In this document: positions 29,943 through 43,356 of the stretch, one piece after another | How positions within the stretch are numbered: the first letter of the stretch is position 1 | Layout: every line of letters starts with the position of its first letter | Assembly (NCBI GenBank): GCA_964016885.1 | Contig: OZ024761.1 | Span: forward strand, 22,506,001-22,570,000 | Reading direction: 5' to 3' | DNA: 64,000 nt | Source of the DNA: Eledone cirrhosa | Lineage: Eukaryota | Made by a program: the position numbers and the translations under genes | The notes under the pieces: generated by a model | Seen by the model: only the letters and a program-made list of their open reading frames with translations | Database searches by the model: none | Told to the model about the DNA's origin: nothing

Positions 29943-30583
29943 GAACTAACTGTTCTGTAACCACTTCCATATATATATATATAAAGATAGTAATAATAAT
30001 AAATGTGAAGACTAAAATCCAAAGAGGGTTCAATAAGGATAAATATATATCAAATATATAAGAACCCTAGAGCAAATATTTAATAAAATAACAGATTAAA
30101 GTTTAAGCAACGTTAAGGGTGAAAGCAGCTATTCTTTAATCTGTTATTTTAATCTGTTATTTTAATAAATATTTGCTCTAGGGTTCTTATATATTTGATA
30201 TACATTTATCCTTATCGAGCCCTCTTTGGATTTTAGTCTTCAAATTTATTATTATTACTATATATATATATATAGTAATAAACATTCATTGTACTGCCTC
30301 TCTGTTTTGTTTCTGTTCAAATTTTTCCATTATATATATATATACACACACATACAGACATCTACACTTCTTTTTGGGTAAATGCATCTGATGTTCAGAG
30401 AGTGGAATTGGCTCCAGGCAAAGACTTTCCTTACTAGAAGCACAGGCACCATTTGATGTGACATTTTTTGCAATGCATGGCTGGCCATAGGCAAGTCCCT
30501 AGCTGGACTAAAAAGCCACGTCTGTGACGCTCACGCTTAAGTATCAAACAATGGCATTACTCAAAATCGAGTTGCAACCATCT

Positions 30584-30614
<31 letters not shown>

Positions 30615-31183
30615 ATATATATATATATATATGTATATAGGAAAAGAGTCAGGACCCCGACGGCTGAGCTCCAGCCGTCGGGGTCCTGACTCTTTTCCTA
30701 TTACCCACTCTACTACCTAAAGTATTGAGTACTCTTGTGCATTATGGTCCACCTGGTTCCTTACCACACTTCTTTTGTTATATATATATATATATATATA
30801 TATAACGAAGGAATTGTGGTGAGGAACCAGGTGGACCATAACGCACCAAAGTACTCAATACTTAGGGTAGTGGAGTGGGTAATAGAAACAAGTATGACCC
30901 CGACGGCAGAGCTCAAGCCGTTTCAACATCCAGAAATAGCTGTCGAAATGGCTTAAGCTCTGCCGTCGGGGTCATACTTGTTCATATATATATATATGAA
31001 TATATATATATGTATGTATGTATGTATGTTTGTATTTTATGTGTTCTTCTGAATGTGTGTGTATGTATTCATATGTGTATCTATATACATATCTATATGT
31101 ATGTATGTATATATATATATATATATATATAGAGATAGATATATCTATGTATGTGTATATATATATATATATATATCTATGTA

Positions 31184-31258
<75 letters not shown>

Positions 31259-31350
31259 ATATGTATATATATATATATGTATATGTATATATATATCTAT
31301 GTATGTGTATATATATGTGTATATGTATATATCTATATATCTATGTATGA

Positions 31351-31386
<36 letters not shown>

Positions 31387-31548
31387 GTGTGTGTGTATAT
31401 ACATATGTATATGTCTGAAGACCATTCTAGAAACTGTGCCAAATCTATCCCAATTATCAAGACAATATTGATGTACAGATTTGATAAAATTCCTCCATCA
31501 GTTATCTCTAAATTTAGAATTACTTGTAAACATCTATGGATGTGGATA

Positions 31549-31627
31549 CAGGCTGTCCCCCAAAAATGTATACACCTTTTGGTTAAAATGCTGTTGAAGT
31601 ATGTATACATTTCTGGGGGACATCCTG
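31549..31627. mobile_element. 79-bp Tc1/mariner-type mini-MITE
   Basis: TA|CAGGCTGTCCCCCAAAAATGTATACA ... TGTATACATTTCTGGGGGACATCCTG|TA; ~26-bp imperfect TIR, TA target duplication. Confidence 0.7.
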
Positions 31628-31780
31628 TATATATGTGTGGACACAATGTGGCCTAATGTTTAAGAAGGTCACTTGGAAAGTGTAAGGTCGTGGGTTCATG
31701 TAGAAACTTATCGTCATCACCACCACCAACATCATCATCACCACCACCACCACCACCACCACCATCACCACCACCATCAT

Positions 31781-33310
31781 CACAGTCTTCTCTCCTGTAC
31801 ACTACATCACATGTCCATACCAACACAGTCTTCTCTCCTGTACACTACATCACATGTCCATACCAACACAGTCTTCTCTCCTGTACACTACATCACATGT
31901 CCATACCAACACAGTCTTCTCTCCTGTACACTACATCACATGTCCATACCAACACAGTCTTCTCTCCTGTACACCACCTCATATGTCCATACCAACACAG
32001 TCTTCTCTCCTGTACACTACATCACATGTCCATACCATCACAGTCTTCTCTCCTGTACACTACATCACATGTCCATACCAACACAGTCTTCTCTCCTGTA
32101 CACCACCTCACATGTCCATACCAACGCACTCTTCTCTCCTGTACACTACATCACATGTCCATACCAACACAGTCTTCTCTCCTATACACCACCTCACATG
32201 TCCATACCAACACAGTCTTCTCTCCTGTACACTACATCACATGTCCATACCAACACAGTCTTCTCTCCTGTACACTACATCACATGTCCATACCAACACA
32301 GTCTTCTCTCCTGTACACTACATCACATGTCCATACCAACACAGTCTTCTCTCCTATACACCACCTCACATGTCCATACCAACACAGTCTTCTCTCCTGT
32401 ACACTACATCACATGTCCATACCAACACAGTCTTCTCTCCTATACACCACATCACATGTCCATACCAACACAGTCTTCTCTCCTGCACACCACCTCACAT
32501 GTCCATACCAACACAGTCTTCTCTCCTGTACACTACATCACATGTCCATACCAACGCAGTCTTCTCTCCTATACACTACATCACATGTCCATACCAACAC
32601 AGTCTTCTCTCCTATACACCACCTCACATGTCCATACCAACACAGTCTTCTCTCCTGTACACTACATCACATGTCCATACCAACACAGTCTTCTCTCCTG
32701 TACACTACATCACATGTCCATACCAACACAGTCTTCTCTCCTGTACACTACATCACATGTCCATACCAACACAGTCTTCTCTCCTATACACCACCTCACA
32801 TGTCCATACCAACACAGTCTTCTCTCCTGTACACTACATCACATGTCCATACCAACACAGTCTTCTCTCCTATACACCACATCACATGTCCATACCAACA
32901 CAGTCTTCTCTCCTGCACACCACCTCACATGTCCATACCAACACAGTCTTCTCTCCTGTACACTACATCACATGTCCATACCAACGCAGTCTTCTCTCCT
33001 GCACACTACATCACATGTCCATACCAACCCAGTCTTCTCTCCTGTACACTACATCACATGTCCATACCATCACAGTCTTCTCTCCTGTACACTACATCAC
33101 ATGTCCATACCAACGCAGTCTTCTCTCCTGTACACTACATCACATGTCCATACCAACGCAGTCTTCTCTCCTGTACACTACATCACATGTCCATACCAAC
33201 GCAGTCTTCTCTCCTGTACACTACATCACATGCCCATACCAACCCAGTCTTCTCTCCTGTACACCACCTCACATGTCCATACCATCACAGTCTTCTCTCC
33301 TGTACACCAC
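31781..33310. repeat. 43-bp tandem array (~35 copies) derived from RTE ORF2
   Basis: Unit CACAGTCTTCTCTCCTGTACACTACATCACATGTCCATACCAA; compare LINE 59409-59452 ATCACATGTCCATACCACCTCAGTCTCCTCTCCCGTACACTACA. Confidence 0.9.
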
Positions 33311-33436
33311 ATCAGAATCCTCTTAAACCCAGCTTCTCCCTCAACTCGTCCAAGCTCTGTCTTTCTCTCCCACTTACATTACACATCCAATGGAGCATGG
33401 TTGTTTCATTTCTCTCCAGTCTACACATATCTTCTG

Positions 33437-34215
33437 CAGTCACAGCCCATGTCTTACTACCATGTAACACCCCATGTCCTCTACAGTCACAGCCCATGTT
33501 TCACTACCATGCAGCACCACATGTCCTCTATAGTCACAGCCCATGTTTCACTAACATGTAGCACCACATGCCCTCTACAGTCACAGCCCATGTTTCACTA
33601 ACATGTAGCACCACATGTCCTCTACAGTCATAGCCCATGTTTCACTACCATGCAGCACCACATATCTTCTACAGTCACAGCCCATGTTTCACTACCATGC
33701 AGCACCACATGTCCTCTACAGTCATAGCCCATGTTTCAATACCATGCAGCACCACATGTCCTCTACAGTCATAGCCCATGTTTCACTACCATGCAGCACC
33801 ACATGTCCTCTGCAGTCACAGCCCATGTATCACTACCATGCAGCACCACATGTCCTCTACAGTCACATCCCATGTTTCACTACCATGCAGCACCACATGT
33901 CCTCTACAGTCACAGCCCATGTTTCACTACCATGCAGCACCACATGTCCTCTGCAGTCACATCCCATGTTTCACTACCATGCAGCACCACATGTCCTCTA
34001 CAGTCACATCCCATGTTTCACTACCATGCAGCACCACATGTCCTCTACAGTCACATCCCATGTTTCACTACCATGCAGCACCACATGTCCTCTACAGTCA
34101 TAGCCCATGTTTCACTACCATGCAGCACCACATGTCCTCTACAGTCACAGCCCATGTTTCACTACCATGCAGCACCACATGTCCTCTACAGTCACAGCCC
34201 ATGTTTCACTACCAT
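33437..34215. repeat. 47-bp tandem array (~16 copies) derived from RTE ORF2
   Basis: Unit CAGTCACAGCCCATGTTTCACTACCATGCAGCACCACATGTCCTCTA; compare LINE 59570-59610. Confidence 0.9.
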
Positions 34216-34328
34216 CACACTTCTCACACATGTGTCATACAGTTGTCCTTTTGTTGTCAACAGTGGGAGTAGTTCTTTAACCATTTAGCATTTACATTTC
34301 TCTATATTTACTATTATACTTCCATACA

Positions 34329-34520
34329 AGGGCGGTGGATTGGTAGTATTGGTAGAGGGTCGGACGCCATGCTTTGAAGCATAGAGTTACGGCCCTTGCC
34401 ATTCTGAGTTCAAATCCCGCCAAGGTTAACTTTGTCTTTCATCCTTACGGGGTCGATAAAATAAAGTACCAGTAATACACTGGGTATTTGCTGGCCTTGT
34501 GCCTAACGTAGAAACAATTA
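34329..34520 (+). mobile_element. tRNA-derived SINE, family 1 (near full length)
   Basis: A box TGGTAGTATTGG, B box GAGTTCAAATCCC, conserved body TTTCATCCTTACGGGGTCGATAAAATAAAGTACCAGT (resembles the Meta/MESC-type central domain, from memory), 3' AGAAACAATTA. Confidence 0.8.
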
Positions 34521-34562
34521 TGTGTATATATATAAATATTTGCCCCCCTTGCTTCTGCTGGA

Positions 34563-35588
34563 CATCACCAGATGTATCTACGGTACAGACCCTACCATCA
34601 CCAGATGTAGCTACGGTACAGACCCTACCATCACCAGATGTATCTACGGTACAGACCCTACCATCACCAGATGTAGCTACGGTACAGACCCTACCATCAC
34701 CAGATGTATCTACGGTACAGACCCTACCATCACCAGATGTAGCTACGGTACAGACCCTACCATCACCAGATGTATCTACGGTACAGACCCTACCATCACC
34801 AGATGTAGCTACGGTACAGACCCTACCATCACCAGATGTATCTACGGTACAGACCCTACCATCACCAGATGTAGCTACGGTACAGACCCTACCATCACCA
34901 GATGTAGCTACGGTACAGACCCTACCATCACCAGATGTAGCTATGGTACAGACCCTACCATCACCAGATGTAGCTACGGTACAGACCCTACCATCACCAG
35001 ATGTAGCTACGGTACAGACCCTACCATCACCAGATGTATCTACGGTACAGACCCTACCATCACCAGATGTATCTACGGTACAGACCCTACCATCACCAGA
35101 TGTAGCTACGGTACAGACCCTACCATCACCAGATGTAGCTACGGTACAGACCCTACCATCACCAGATGTATCTACGGTACAGACCCTACCATCACCAGAT
35201 GTAGCTACGGTACAGACCCTACCATCACCAGATGTATCTACGGTACAGACCCTACCATCACCAGATGTAGCTACGGTACAGACCCTACCATCACCAGATG
35301 TAGCTACGGTACAGACCCTACCATCACCAGATGTAGCTATGGTACAGACCCTACCATCACCAGATGTAGCTACGGTACAGACCCTACCATCACCAGATGT
35401 AGCTACGGTACAGACCCTACCATCACCAGATGTAGCTATGGTACAGACCCTACCATCACCAGATGTAGCTACGGTACAGACCCTACCATCACCAGATGTA
35501 GCTATGGTACAGACCCTACCATCACCAGATGTAGCTACGGTACAGACCCTACCATCACCAGATGTAGCTACGGTACAGACCCTACCAC
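34563..35588. repeat. 33-bp minisatellite, ~31 near-identical copies
   Basis: Unit CATCACCAGATGTA(G/T)CTA(C/T)GGTACAGACCCTAC. Confidence 0.95.
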
Positions 35589-35665
35589 TAAATATATATA
35601 ATAAAATATATTTGATTACATGAATGTCTATATTTATTAATATTTTGAATTAATATTATATATAA

Positions 35666-35731
<66 letters not shown>

Positions 35732-35879
35732 ATACTTTGGTAGGGTCATGTTGCCAATAAGAAACACACGCACCAGTTGCTTTCACTTCAATTTATTATA
35801 AATTAAATTTATAAATTTAGGAATTTATAAATTTCCGGTTGGTTGGTTGATTCCACAACTAGGCGATTGTTCATATATT

Positions 35880-35922
35880 GTCAAAGTTCTTTCGTCACAC
35901 ATTCTGTGACCTCTTCAGTGAC
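35880..35922 (-). ncRNA. Type I hammerhead ribozyme motif (family A)
   Basis: Minus strand GUCA CUGAAGA G-GUCACA gaaug UGUGAC GAAA GAACU U|UGAC; flanks homologous to 23600-23800. Confidence 0.6.
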
Positions 35923-36155
35923 TGGGGATTCTTTTCTTTGTTTTTGGGCCTCTCCTTTGTTCTGTCCTAACGCCATCTGGTTTTTGTGTGTGTTGTGTGC
36001 TTAGTTTGCGCATGTGTTACATCCGGGTGTCTGTGTGTGTTTATATTTGTTTATTTATTTGTTTATTTACATGTTACTGGTTGTATATATATATATATAT
36101 ACAGCCAACACTCAATAAATACTCACTACTCAACTGATCTGTCTTCTCATTTCAG

Positions 36156-36230
36156 TATTTGGGTTGTATAGAGGTCTATGAATCCCGAGGAATGCAGGTC
36201 TGTGAGGAAGCTGTGAAATCTTTGAAATAC
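36156..36230 (+). CDS. numb: Numb coding exon 2 (PTB domain start)
   Basis: ttctcatttcag|TAT TTG GGT...AAA TAC|gtaaga; 75 nt = [25 protein letters not shown], matching Numb YLGHVEVDESRGMHICEDAVKRLK. Not in the ORF track. Confidence 0.95.
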
Positions 36231-36293
36231 GTAAGACATTTTCTGCAATTTTACATCTCTTGTTTATGTCCTATTTTTATATTTTTTCACTAA

Positions 36294-36550
36294 GACTGTG
36301 CCCATGCTGGGGCACCACATTCTTATTTGTCTTTTACTGGTTTCAGTGATTAGACTGTGGCCAAGCTGGGGCACCACATTCTTATTTGTCTTTTACTGGT
36401 TTCAGTGATTAGACTGTGGCCAAGCTGGGGCACCACATTCTTATTTGTCTTTTACTGGTTTCAGTCATTAGACAGTGGCCAAGCTGGGGCACCACATTCT
36501 TATTTGTCTTTTACTGGTTTCAGTCATTAGACAGTGGCCAAGCTGGGGCA
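36294..36550. repeat. 59-bp tandem repeat (~4.3 copies) just downstream of Numb exon 2
   Basis: Unit GACTGTGGCCAAGCTGGGGCACCACATTCTTATTTGTCTTTTACTGGTTTCAGTGATTA; single related copy at ~45645-45700. Confidence 0.88.
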
Positions 36551-36725
36551 TGACATCGTAGGAGATTTTAGTTGTAGGTCAGTATATATATATTTTTCAA
36601 AGCCTTCTTAGGTACTTCTTATTTTATCAATCTCAATTTGTGAAACTGCTAAGTCGGGAGACATAAACACACACAAATGTTGACAGGTAGGCACGTATAC
36701 ATACACACACACATATATATATATG

Positions 36726-36874
<149 letters not shown>

Positions 36875-37417
36875 GTTACCATAAATACCAATAATTATTA
36901 TTGGTTGTACTTATAGATTCAGAACTATTGATTTCTGATATAGACAAATTGTCTGAAGTGTATAATAGATGGGAAGGGGAGGTATGAGACGAGAGAGAGG
37001 AGAGGGGAGGTATGAGACGTGAGAGGGGAGAGGGGAGGTATGAGACGAGAGAGGGGAGAGGGGAGGTATGAGACGAGAGAGAGGAGAGGGGAGGTATGAG
37101 ACGAGGGGAAGTGTAAGACAAGTGGGGGAGGTGTGAGGTGGGAGAGTGGTGGGGCAGGGGATATGAGAAGAGAGAGTGGTGGAGGGGGAGGTATGAAATA
37201 TTAGATAGAAGTGAGGGGGGGAAAGTAAGATGGAGATTTATGTAGCATTAGAAAAAAGACATTTACCAAAGATGTCAACTTAATTAAATGAATTCTAAAA
37301 AAAATTCTTCTATCTAAAGAATCAGAGAAATTCGGAATTAGATCCCAGACAAAACTTATTGGCCCTGGGGGGTGGGGTTCAGATTTATTGTATTCAGCTT
37401 TGGAATCGAAAAATCTT

Positions 37418-38965
37418 TTAACCCTTTACCATTTACATTACTCTATATATACTATTGTATTTTCACAGTAAAGGCTTTACCTCACATAATATCTCACATA
37501 ACATTTACATTACTCTATATATACTATTGTATTTTCACAGTAAAGGCTTTACCTCACATAATATCTCACATAACATTTACATTACTCTATATATACTATT
37601 ATATTTTCACAGTAAAGGCTTTACCTTACATAATATCTCACATAACATTTACATTACTCTATATATACTATTGTATTTTCACAGTAAAGGCTTTACCTCA
37701 CATAATATCTCACATAACATTTACATTACTCTATATATACTATTGTATTTTCACAGTAAAGGCTTTTCCTCACATAATATCTCACATAACATTTACATTA
37801 CTCTATATATACTATTGTATTTTCACAGTAAAGGCTTTACCTCACATAATATCTCACATAACATTTACATTACTCTATATATACTATTGTATTTTCACAG
37901 TAAAGGCTTTTCCTTACACAATATCTCACATAACATTTACATTACTCTATATATACTATTGTATTTTCACAGTAAAGGCTTTACCTCACATAATATCTCA
38001 CATAACATTTACATTACTCTATATATACTATTGTATTTTCACAGTAAAGGCTTTTCCTTACATAATATCTCACATAACATTTACATTACTCTATATATAC
38101 TATTGTATTTTCACAGTAAAGGCTTTTCCTCACATAATATCTCACATAACATTTACATTACTCTATATATACTATTGTATTTTCACAGTAAAGGCTTTTC
38201 CTCACATAATATCTCACATAACATTTACATTACTCTATATATACTATTGTATTTTCACAGTAAAGGCTTTTCCTCACATAATATCTCACATAACATTTAC
38301 ATTACTCTATATATACTATTGTATTTTCACAGTAAAGGCTTTTCCTCACATAATATCTCACATAACATTTACATTACTCTATATATACTATTGTATTTTC
38401 ACAGTAAAGGCTTTACCTCACATAATATCTCACATAACATTTATATTACTCTATATATACTATTGTATTTTCACAGTAAAGGCTTTTCCTCACATAATAT
38501 CTCACATAACATTTACATTACTCTATATATACTATTGTATTTTCACAGTAAAGGCTTTTCCTCACATAATATCTCACATAACATTTATATTACTCTATAT
38601 ATACTATTGTATTGTCACAGTAAAGGCTTTACCTCACATAATATCTCACATAATATTGGATCTATGAGATTTTGATATTATTTATTTTGAGAACAATACC
38701 TTAACATCAGTATGAGCGGCTGGTGGATTGGCAGTATTGGTAGATAGTTGGACGCCATGCTTTGCAGCATAGAGTTACAGTCCTTTACGGACTGAGTTCA
38801 AATCCCGCCGAGGTTAACTTTGCCATTCATCCTTACGGGGTCGATAAAATAAAGTACCAGTAATACACTGGTATAATTGCTGGCCTTGTGCCAAAAAGTA
38901 GAAACAATTATTTATTTTTAGAACAATACCTTAACATCAGTATGAGTGGCCGGTTATAGGCAGTT
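37418..38965. mobile_element. Same TTAA MITE family in opposite orientation; 72-bp unit amplified ~17x (37422-38655)
   Basis: Begins TTAACCCTTTACCATTTAC; unit CATTTACATTACTCTATATATACTATTGTATTTTCACAGTAAAGGCTTTACCTCACATAATATCTCACATAA. Confidence 0.8.
38718..38912 (+). mobile_element. SINE family 1 copy inserted in a MITE
   Basis: Same sequence as 34329-34520; flanked by a ~44-bp direct repeat (38677-38720 / 38907-38950). Confidence 0.82.
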
Positions 38966-39317
38966 TGAAAATAAAATATCGACACAGTCTTCCATTAGAA
39001 ATATGTTCAATAAAATGGCTAAAATCTTTATATTTATCTAAAAAGCTTCCCTCATAATTTTTATGCAAGAGTCTTTAATATGCTCCAAACAGCAGCTTAG
39101 TAATAAGGAAGATGGTTCTCATATTAAATCCCTCCAAATTCTTGGTTATTTTCAAAACGATTTGCAATTCATAGACAATGGCTTTCATTAGAAATATGGT
39201 AATGAGAGGGTTAAACAAGAGTATTGCTTAAACATGGCTAGGAGTAAACATGACAAACAGACAGATAGACGGTAGACAGACAGAAAAGATGTCGTTAGTC
39301 ATAGCTGTATTTACAAG

Positions 39318-39350
<33 letters not shown>

Positions 39351-39380
39351 CACATATATATTGTTTTTCAACATACACAG

Positions 39381-39417
<37 letters not shown>

Positions 39418-39479
39418 CACACACATATATATTGTTTTTCAACATACACAGGCACACACACATACACACATACATACAT

Positions 39480-39538
<59 letters not shown>

Positions 39539-39717
39539 CACACACATATATTGTTTTTCAACATATACAGACACACACATATATATATATATAATATATA
39601 TATATGTAATGTGTGTGTGTGTGTGTTTACGAAATATATACATTTATGAAATATATATAGATATACAAAATATTAGATATATATGCATGTGTGTGTGTGT
39701 ATATATATATGTGTGTA

Positions 39718-39749
<32 letters not shown>

Positions 39750-39879
39750 CACATCTCAATAAATGTCAGTGTATGTAATCCTATAATGCCATTTATTCTA
39801 TGACTTAAATATCACAACCTAAAAGAAATTGCCTTGAAGCACGGCTGACTTTATGAATGAGGGAAAACACAAAAATGTT

Positions 39880-40260
39880 ATGGACGACGGACAACCAACA
39901 AACAAGACGCAGACAGCCAACAGACAAGACAGCAGATAACCAACAGACAAGACAGCAGATAACCAACAGACAAGACAGTAGATAACCAACAGACAAGACG
40001 ACGGACAACCAACAAACAAGACGCAGACAGCCAACAAACAAGACGCAGACTGCCAACAGACAAGACAGCAGATAACCAACAGACAAGACGACAGACAATC
40101 AACAGACAAGACGGCGGACAACCAACAGACAAGACGACGGACAACCAACAGACAAGACGGTGGACAACCAACAGACAAGACGACGGACAACCAACAGACA
40201 AGACGACGGACAACCAACAGACAAGATGGCAGACAACCAACAGACAAGACGACGGACACT
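39880..40260. repeat. ~23-bp minisatellite
   Basis: Unit CAACCAACAGACAAGACGACGGA and variants. Confidence 0.9.
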
Positions 40261-40496
40261 TCCGCTCGTAGAAATTCAAATATTTTTGTTTTCTTTGATT
40301 GGAGGAAACGTTTTTCTCATAACCGTTTTGTTATCAGATTTCTAATGATGCAACTAACTAAATAATAATAATGGTAATAATAATAATAATGGTGATGATG
40401 AAAATTATTGTGTACAGTGCTCAGGTGCACTACACCTAAACAAAGGTGCATGTATAGTACATAGAATAATTATTAAGCTGGTGTGTGGAATATAAC

Positions 40497-40855
40497 TTAA
40501 CGCTTTAGCATTTAAAGCAGCCATATTCGGCCAGAATTCTCTCATCTCCTTCTGCTTAAACAGGCCATAACTGGTCGTTCATACTGATGTTAAGGTATTG
40601 TTCTCAAAATAAATAACATAAAGAACTCATGGATTTGATATTATGTGAGATAATTATGAGAGGTAAAGCCCTTACAGCAAAAATACAATAGTATATATAG
40701 AGTAATGTGAATGTTATGTGAGGTAAATCCCTTACTGCAAAAATACAATAGTATATATTGAGTAATATGAATGTTATGTGAGATATTATGTGCGGTAAAG
40801 CCTTTACTGTGAAAATACAATAGTATATATAGAGTAATGTAAATGCTAAAGGGTT
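40497..40855. mobile_element. TTAA MITE family copy
   Basis: TTAACGCTTTAGCATTTAAA ... TAAATGCTAAAGGG; ~3 degenerate internal units. Confidence 0.72.
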
Positions 40856-41617
40856 GCCTACTTAGAATTATGATGGAAGCTTTGTAGATAAATATAAACA
40901 CTTTAAACCTTTCGTCTCCATATTTCTAATGAAAGACACTGCCTACGATTTTCAAATAATTTTGAAAATAATCAAGAATTTATGGGGATTTAATAATATA
41001 TCTAAACTTACTAAAGGTTCTTACATAAAAGGATGGAATATTTTTACATAGGTATAAACACCCCTTTTGTTGCCATATTTCTAATGAAAGGCTCTGTCTA
41101 CAAATTAGAAATTATTTTGAAAATAATCAAAGATTTGAAGAGATTTAATAATAAAACTAACCTTTTCATTAGGTTAGTGTTGGCAACATAACAAAGGTTC
41201 TTAACTATTATGGGAGGTTATGAGATAAATATAAACACTTTAACATATACAGCTCAGTCTTGTAGACCAGGGGTACATCCAGGTGATTTGGTTTGAAATT
41301 GGTTTAATGTTAGAACATTTCTCTATCTCTATTCTTGTTTGACTCCAAGCTACACTTATCCAATGGAGGAGGTGTCAATGTCAGTTATCTTCCAGAAACC
41401 ATTAATACAACTCCTAAAGCTACACAAACAATTGGCACATTGGCACCAGAATAATTACTTAATCTGAAGAATTGCAGACTATTCTAAATTCTATAATGAA
41501 TTGCCCTGTAGTAATTCTTAGACTTTGTTCTTGGAGAATGGCAAATTATCAGTTCTGTTTCCTGGCACCAACTAATACCATTTATACACACTCTTGTATA
41601 CATAGTCATCTATGCAA

Positions 41618-41697
<80 letters not shown>

Positions 41698-42053
41698 GTC
41701 ATATATCCGCTCTTCCTTGCTCGCAAGGGTGGGACAAAATATATATATATTTGGAAGGAAGTGTGGTAAGGAACCAGGTGGACCATAATGCACCAGAGTA
41801 CTTGATACTTAGGGTAGTAGAGTGGGTAATAGGAAAAGAGTCAGGACCCCAACGGCTGAGCTCCGCCCGTTTTGACAGCTAGATCTATATATATAGGAAA
41901 AAGTATGACCCCGACGGCAGAGCTCAAGCCGTTTCGATGGCTATTTCTGGACTATATATATATAAAACAATTTTGTTGTAAATGTTGTTGTATATACTCT
42001 ACTAATGTGTTGAGTACCTTACTTACTGTGGTTACCCCCGATTGAACCCGGGA

Positions 42054-42096
<43 letters not shown>

Positions 42097-42345
42097 TGTA
42101 TATGTGGTTGGCATGAGGAATGGCATCCAGCTGTAAAAACCAAACCACAAACAGTTCTGTATGAGCAAGACATGGTTACCTGATTTGGCTTATCTCACAA
42201 CAGGACAACCCATCTAACCCATGCTAGCATGTAAAGGTGGCCATTAAATGGTGATGTTGATGATGATGATGATATATACAAACACACACAACATTATTAT
42301 TACGGTGGATTTGTCAATTAATTCAATGTTCTGTTTATTTTACAG

Positions 42346-42423
42346 CAATGTAAAGGCAAATACCAACGGGCAATATTATATGTATCGGGTGATGCACTTC
42401 GAGTTGTAGATGAAATAAGTAAG
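42346..42423 (+). CDS. numb: Numb coding exon 3 (PTB domain)
   Basis: tttattttacag|CAA TGT...AGT AAG|gtaagc; 78 nt = QCKGKYQRAILYVSGDALRVVDEISK, matching Numb KKAVKAVLWVSADGLRVVDEKTK. Confidence 0.93.
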
Positions 42424-42559
42424 GTAAGCAGCTCCCTTCATCCCTTTTGTGCCCTCTATCAATGTTATAGATGAAATAAGTAAGGTAAGCAGCTCCCTTC
42501 ACCCCTTTTCTCCCCTTTGTTAAATTTTTTTTCTTATAAAATACAATCTATTTGAATTA

Positions 42560-42880
42560 GATATTGAAGAATTTGGAGAGTGCAACAGGGTTCCTCTGAA
42601 GAATCGTTGGAGTAACATTACTCAGTAGTGTAGCTCGGACATCAGAGAGTCACTCCAGGTAGAGCCGCTACTTCTCTGAATTGAGACATCACAGCTCCGA
42701 TATTACAGGTAAATGGTCAGAATGTCTTAGGGAAGGATCGCTGGACAGATTTGTAGCTCGGACATCAGAGAGTCACTCCAGGTAGAGCTGCTACTTCTCC
42801 GAATTGAGAGATCACAGTACCGATGCTATGGACATGTGGTTAGAATGTCTCAGGAAAGAATCACTTTCAGATACAACTTC
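42560..42880 (+). mobile_element. Old RTE (Rex3/Expander-like) 3' ORF fragment with a ~123-bp tandem duplication
   Basis: Translates ...ELLLLRIERSQYRCYGHVVRMSQER; GTAGCTCGGACATCAGAGAGTCACTCCAGGTAGAGC recurs at 42630 and 42753. Confidence 0.65.
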
Positions 42881-43099
42881 GTAGGAGGTTCACTAACCCT
42901 GCTTGGATGTGAGCTGTAAATTTCATTTCATTGGCTTGCATATGATGGTGAAACGGTAGGATTGTTAGATCATCAGATAGGGTGCATTACAGTATTTGTT
43001 CTGGTTCTCTGGGAACTGAGTTCAAATCCTGCCTTCCATCCTTTCGAGGTTGAGAAAATAAAGTATCAGTCAAGTCTAAAGTCTGTCTCGAATCAGGAA

Positions 43100-43356
43100 A
43101 CTCATCAAGCCAGTACTTATCCCGGTTTCATGGCATGAAGCATCTGAGAGTACAAGATTCTTCCCCGGACAGGATGCCAGTCCATCGTAGGGTTAAATCC
43201 CCAGCTATTGCTGCTGGTACTTATTTTCAGCTGAGTATACTGGAGCCACGTGAAATGAAGTGCTTTGCATAAGAACACAAATCACGATCCAACCCAGGAA
43301 TTGAACCCTCGACATTATGATAAGTCCAACACCCTCACCACTAGGCCACACACATC
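43100..43356 (-). mobile_element. tRNA-derived CORE-like SINE
   Basis: Minus strand TGGCCTAGTGG (A box), GGTTCAATTCC (B box), TGTTCTTATGCAAAGCACTTCATTTCAC. Confidence 0.65.

Larger units (their letters stand above)
31781..34278 (-). mobile_element. Degenerate RTE LINE 3' fragment expanded by two internal tandem arrays
   Basis: 33312-33470 translates VLHGSKTWAVTAEDMCRLERNETTMLHWMCNVSGRERQSLDELREKLGLRG, homologous to the 59-61 kb LINE; the flanking array units and 34217-34278 are colinear with that LINE. Confidence 0.85.

Noticed and set aside
31673-34288. Long ORFs in all three + frames
   Set aside because: Products of 43- and 47-bp arrays that are antisense LINE fragments.
34499-35623. Mucin-like (SPDVATVQTLP)n ORF
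   Set aside because: 33-bp minisatellite open in two frames, starting inside a SINE tail, within a Numb intron, with no convincing splice sites.
37372-38675. 431/406-aa repetitive hydrophobic ORFs
   Set aside because: 72-bp MITE-internal tandem array.
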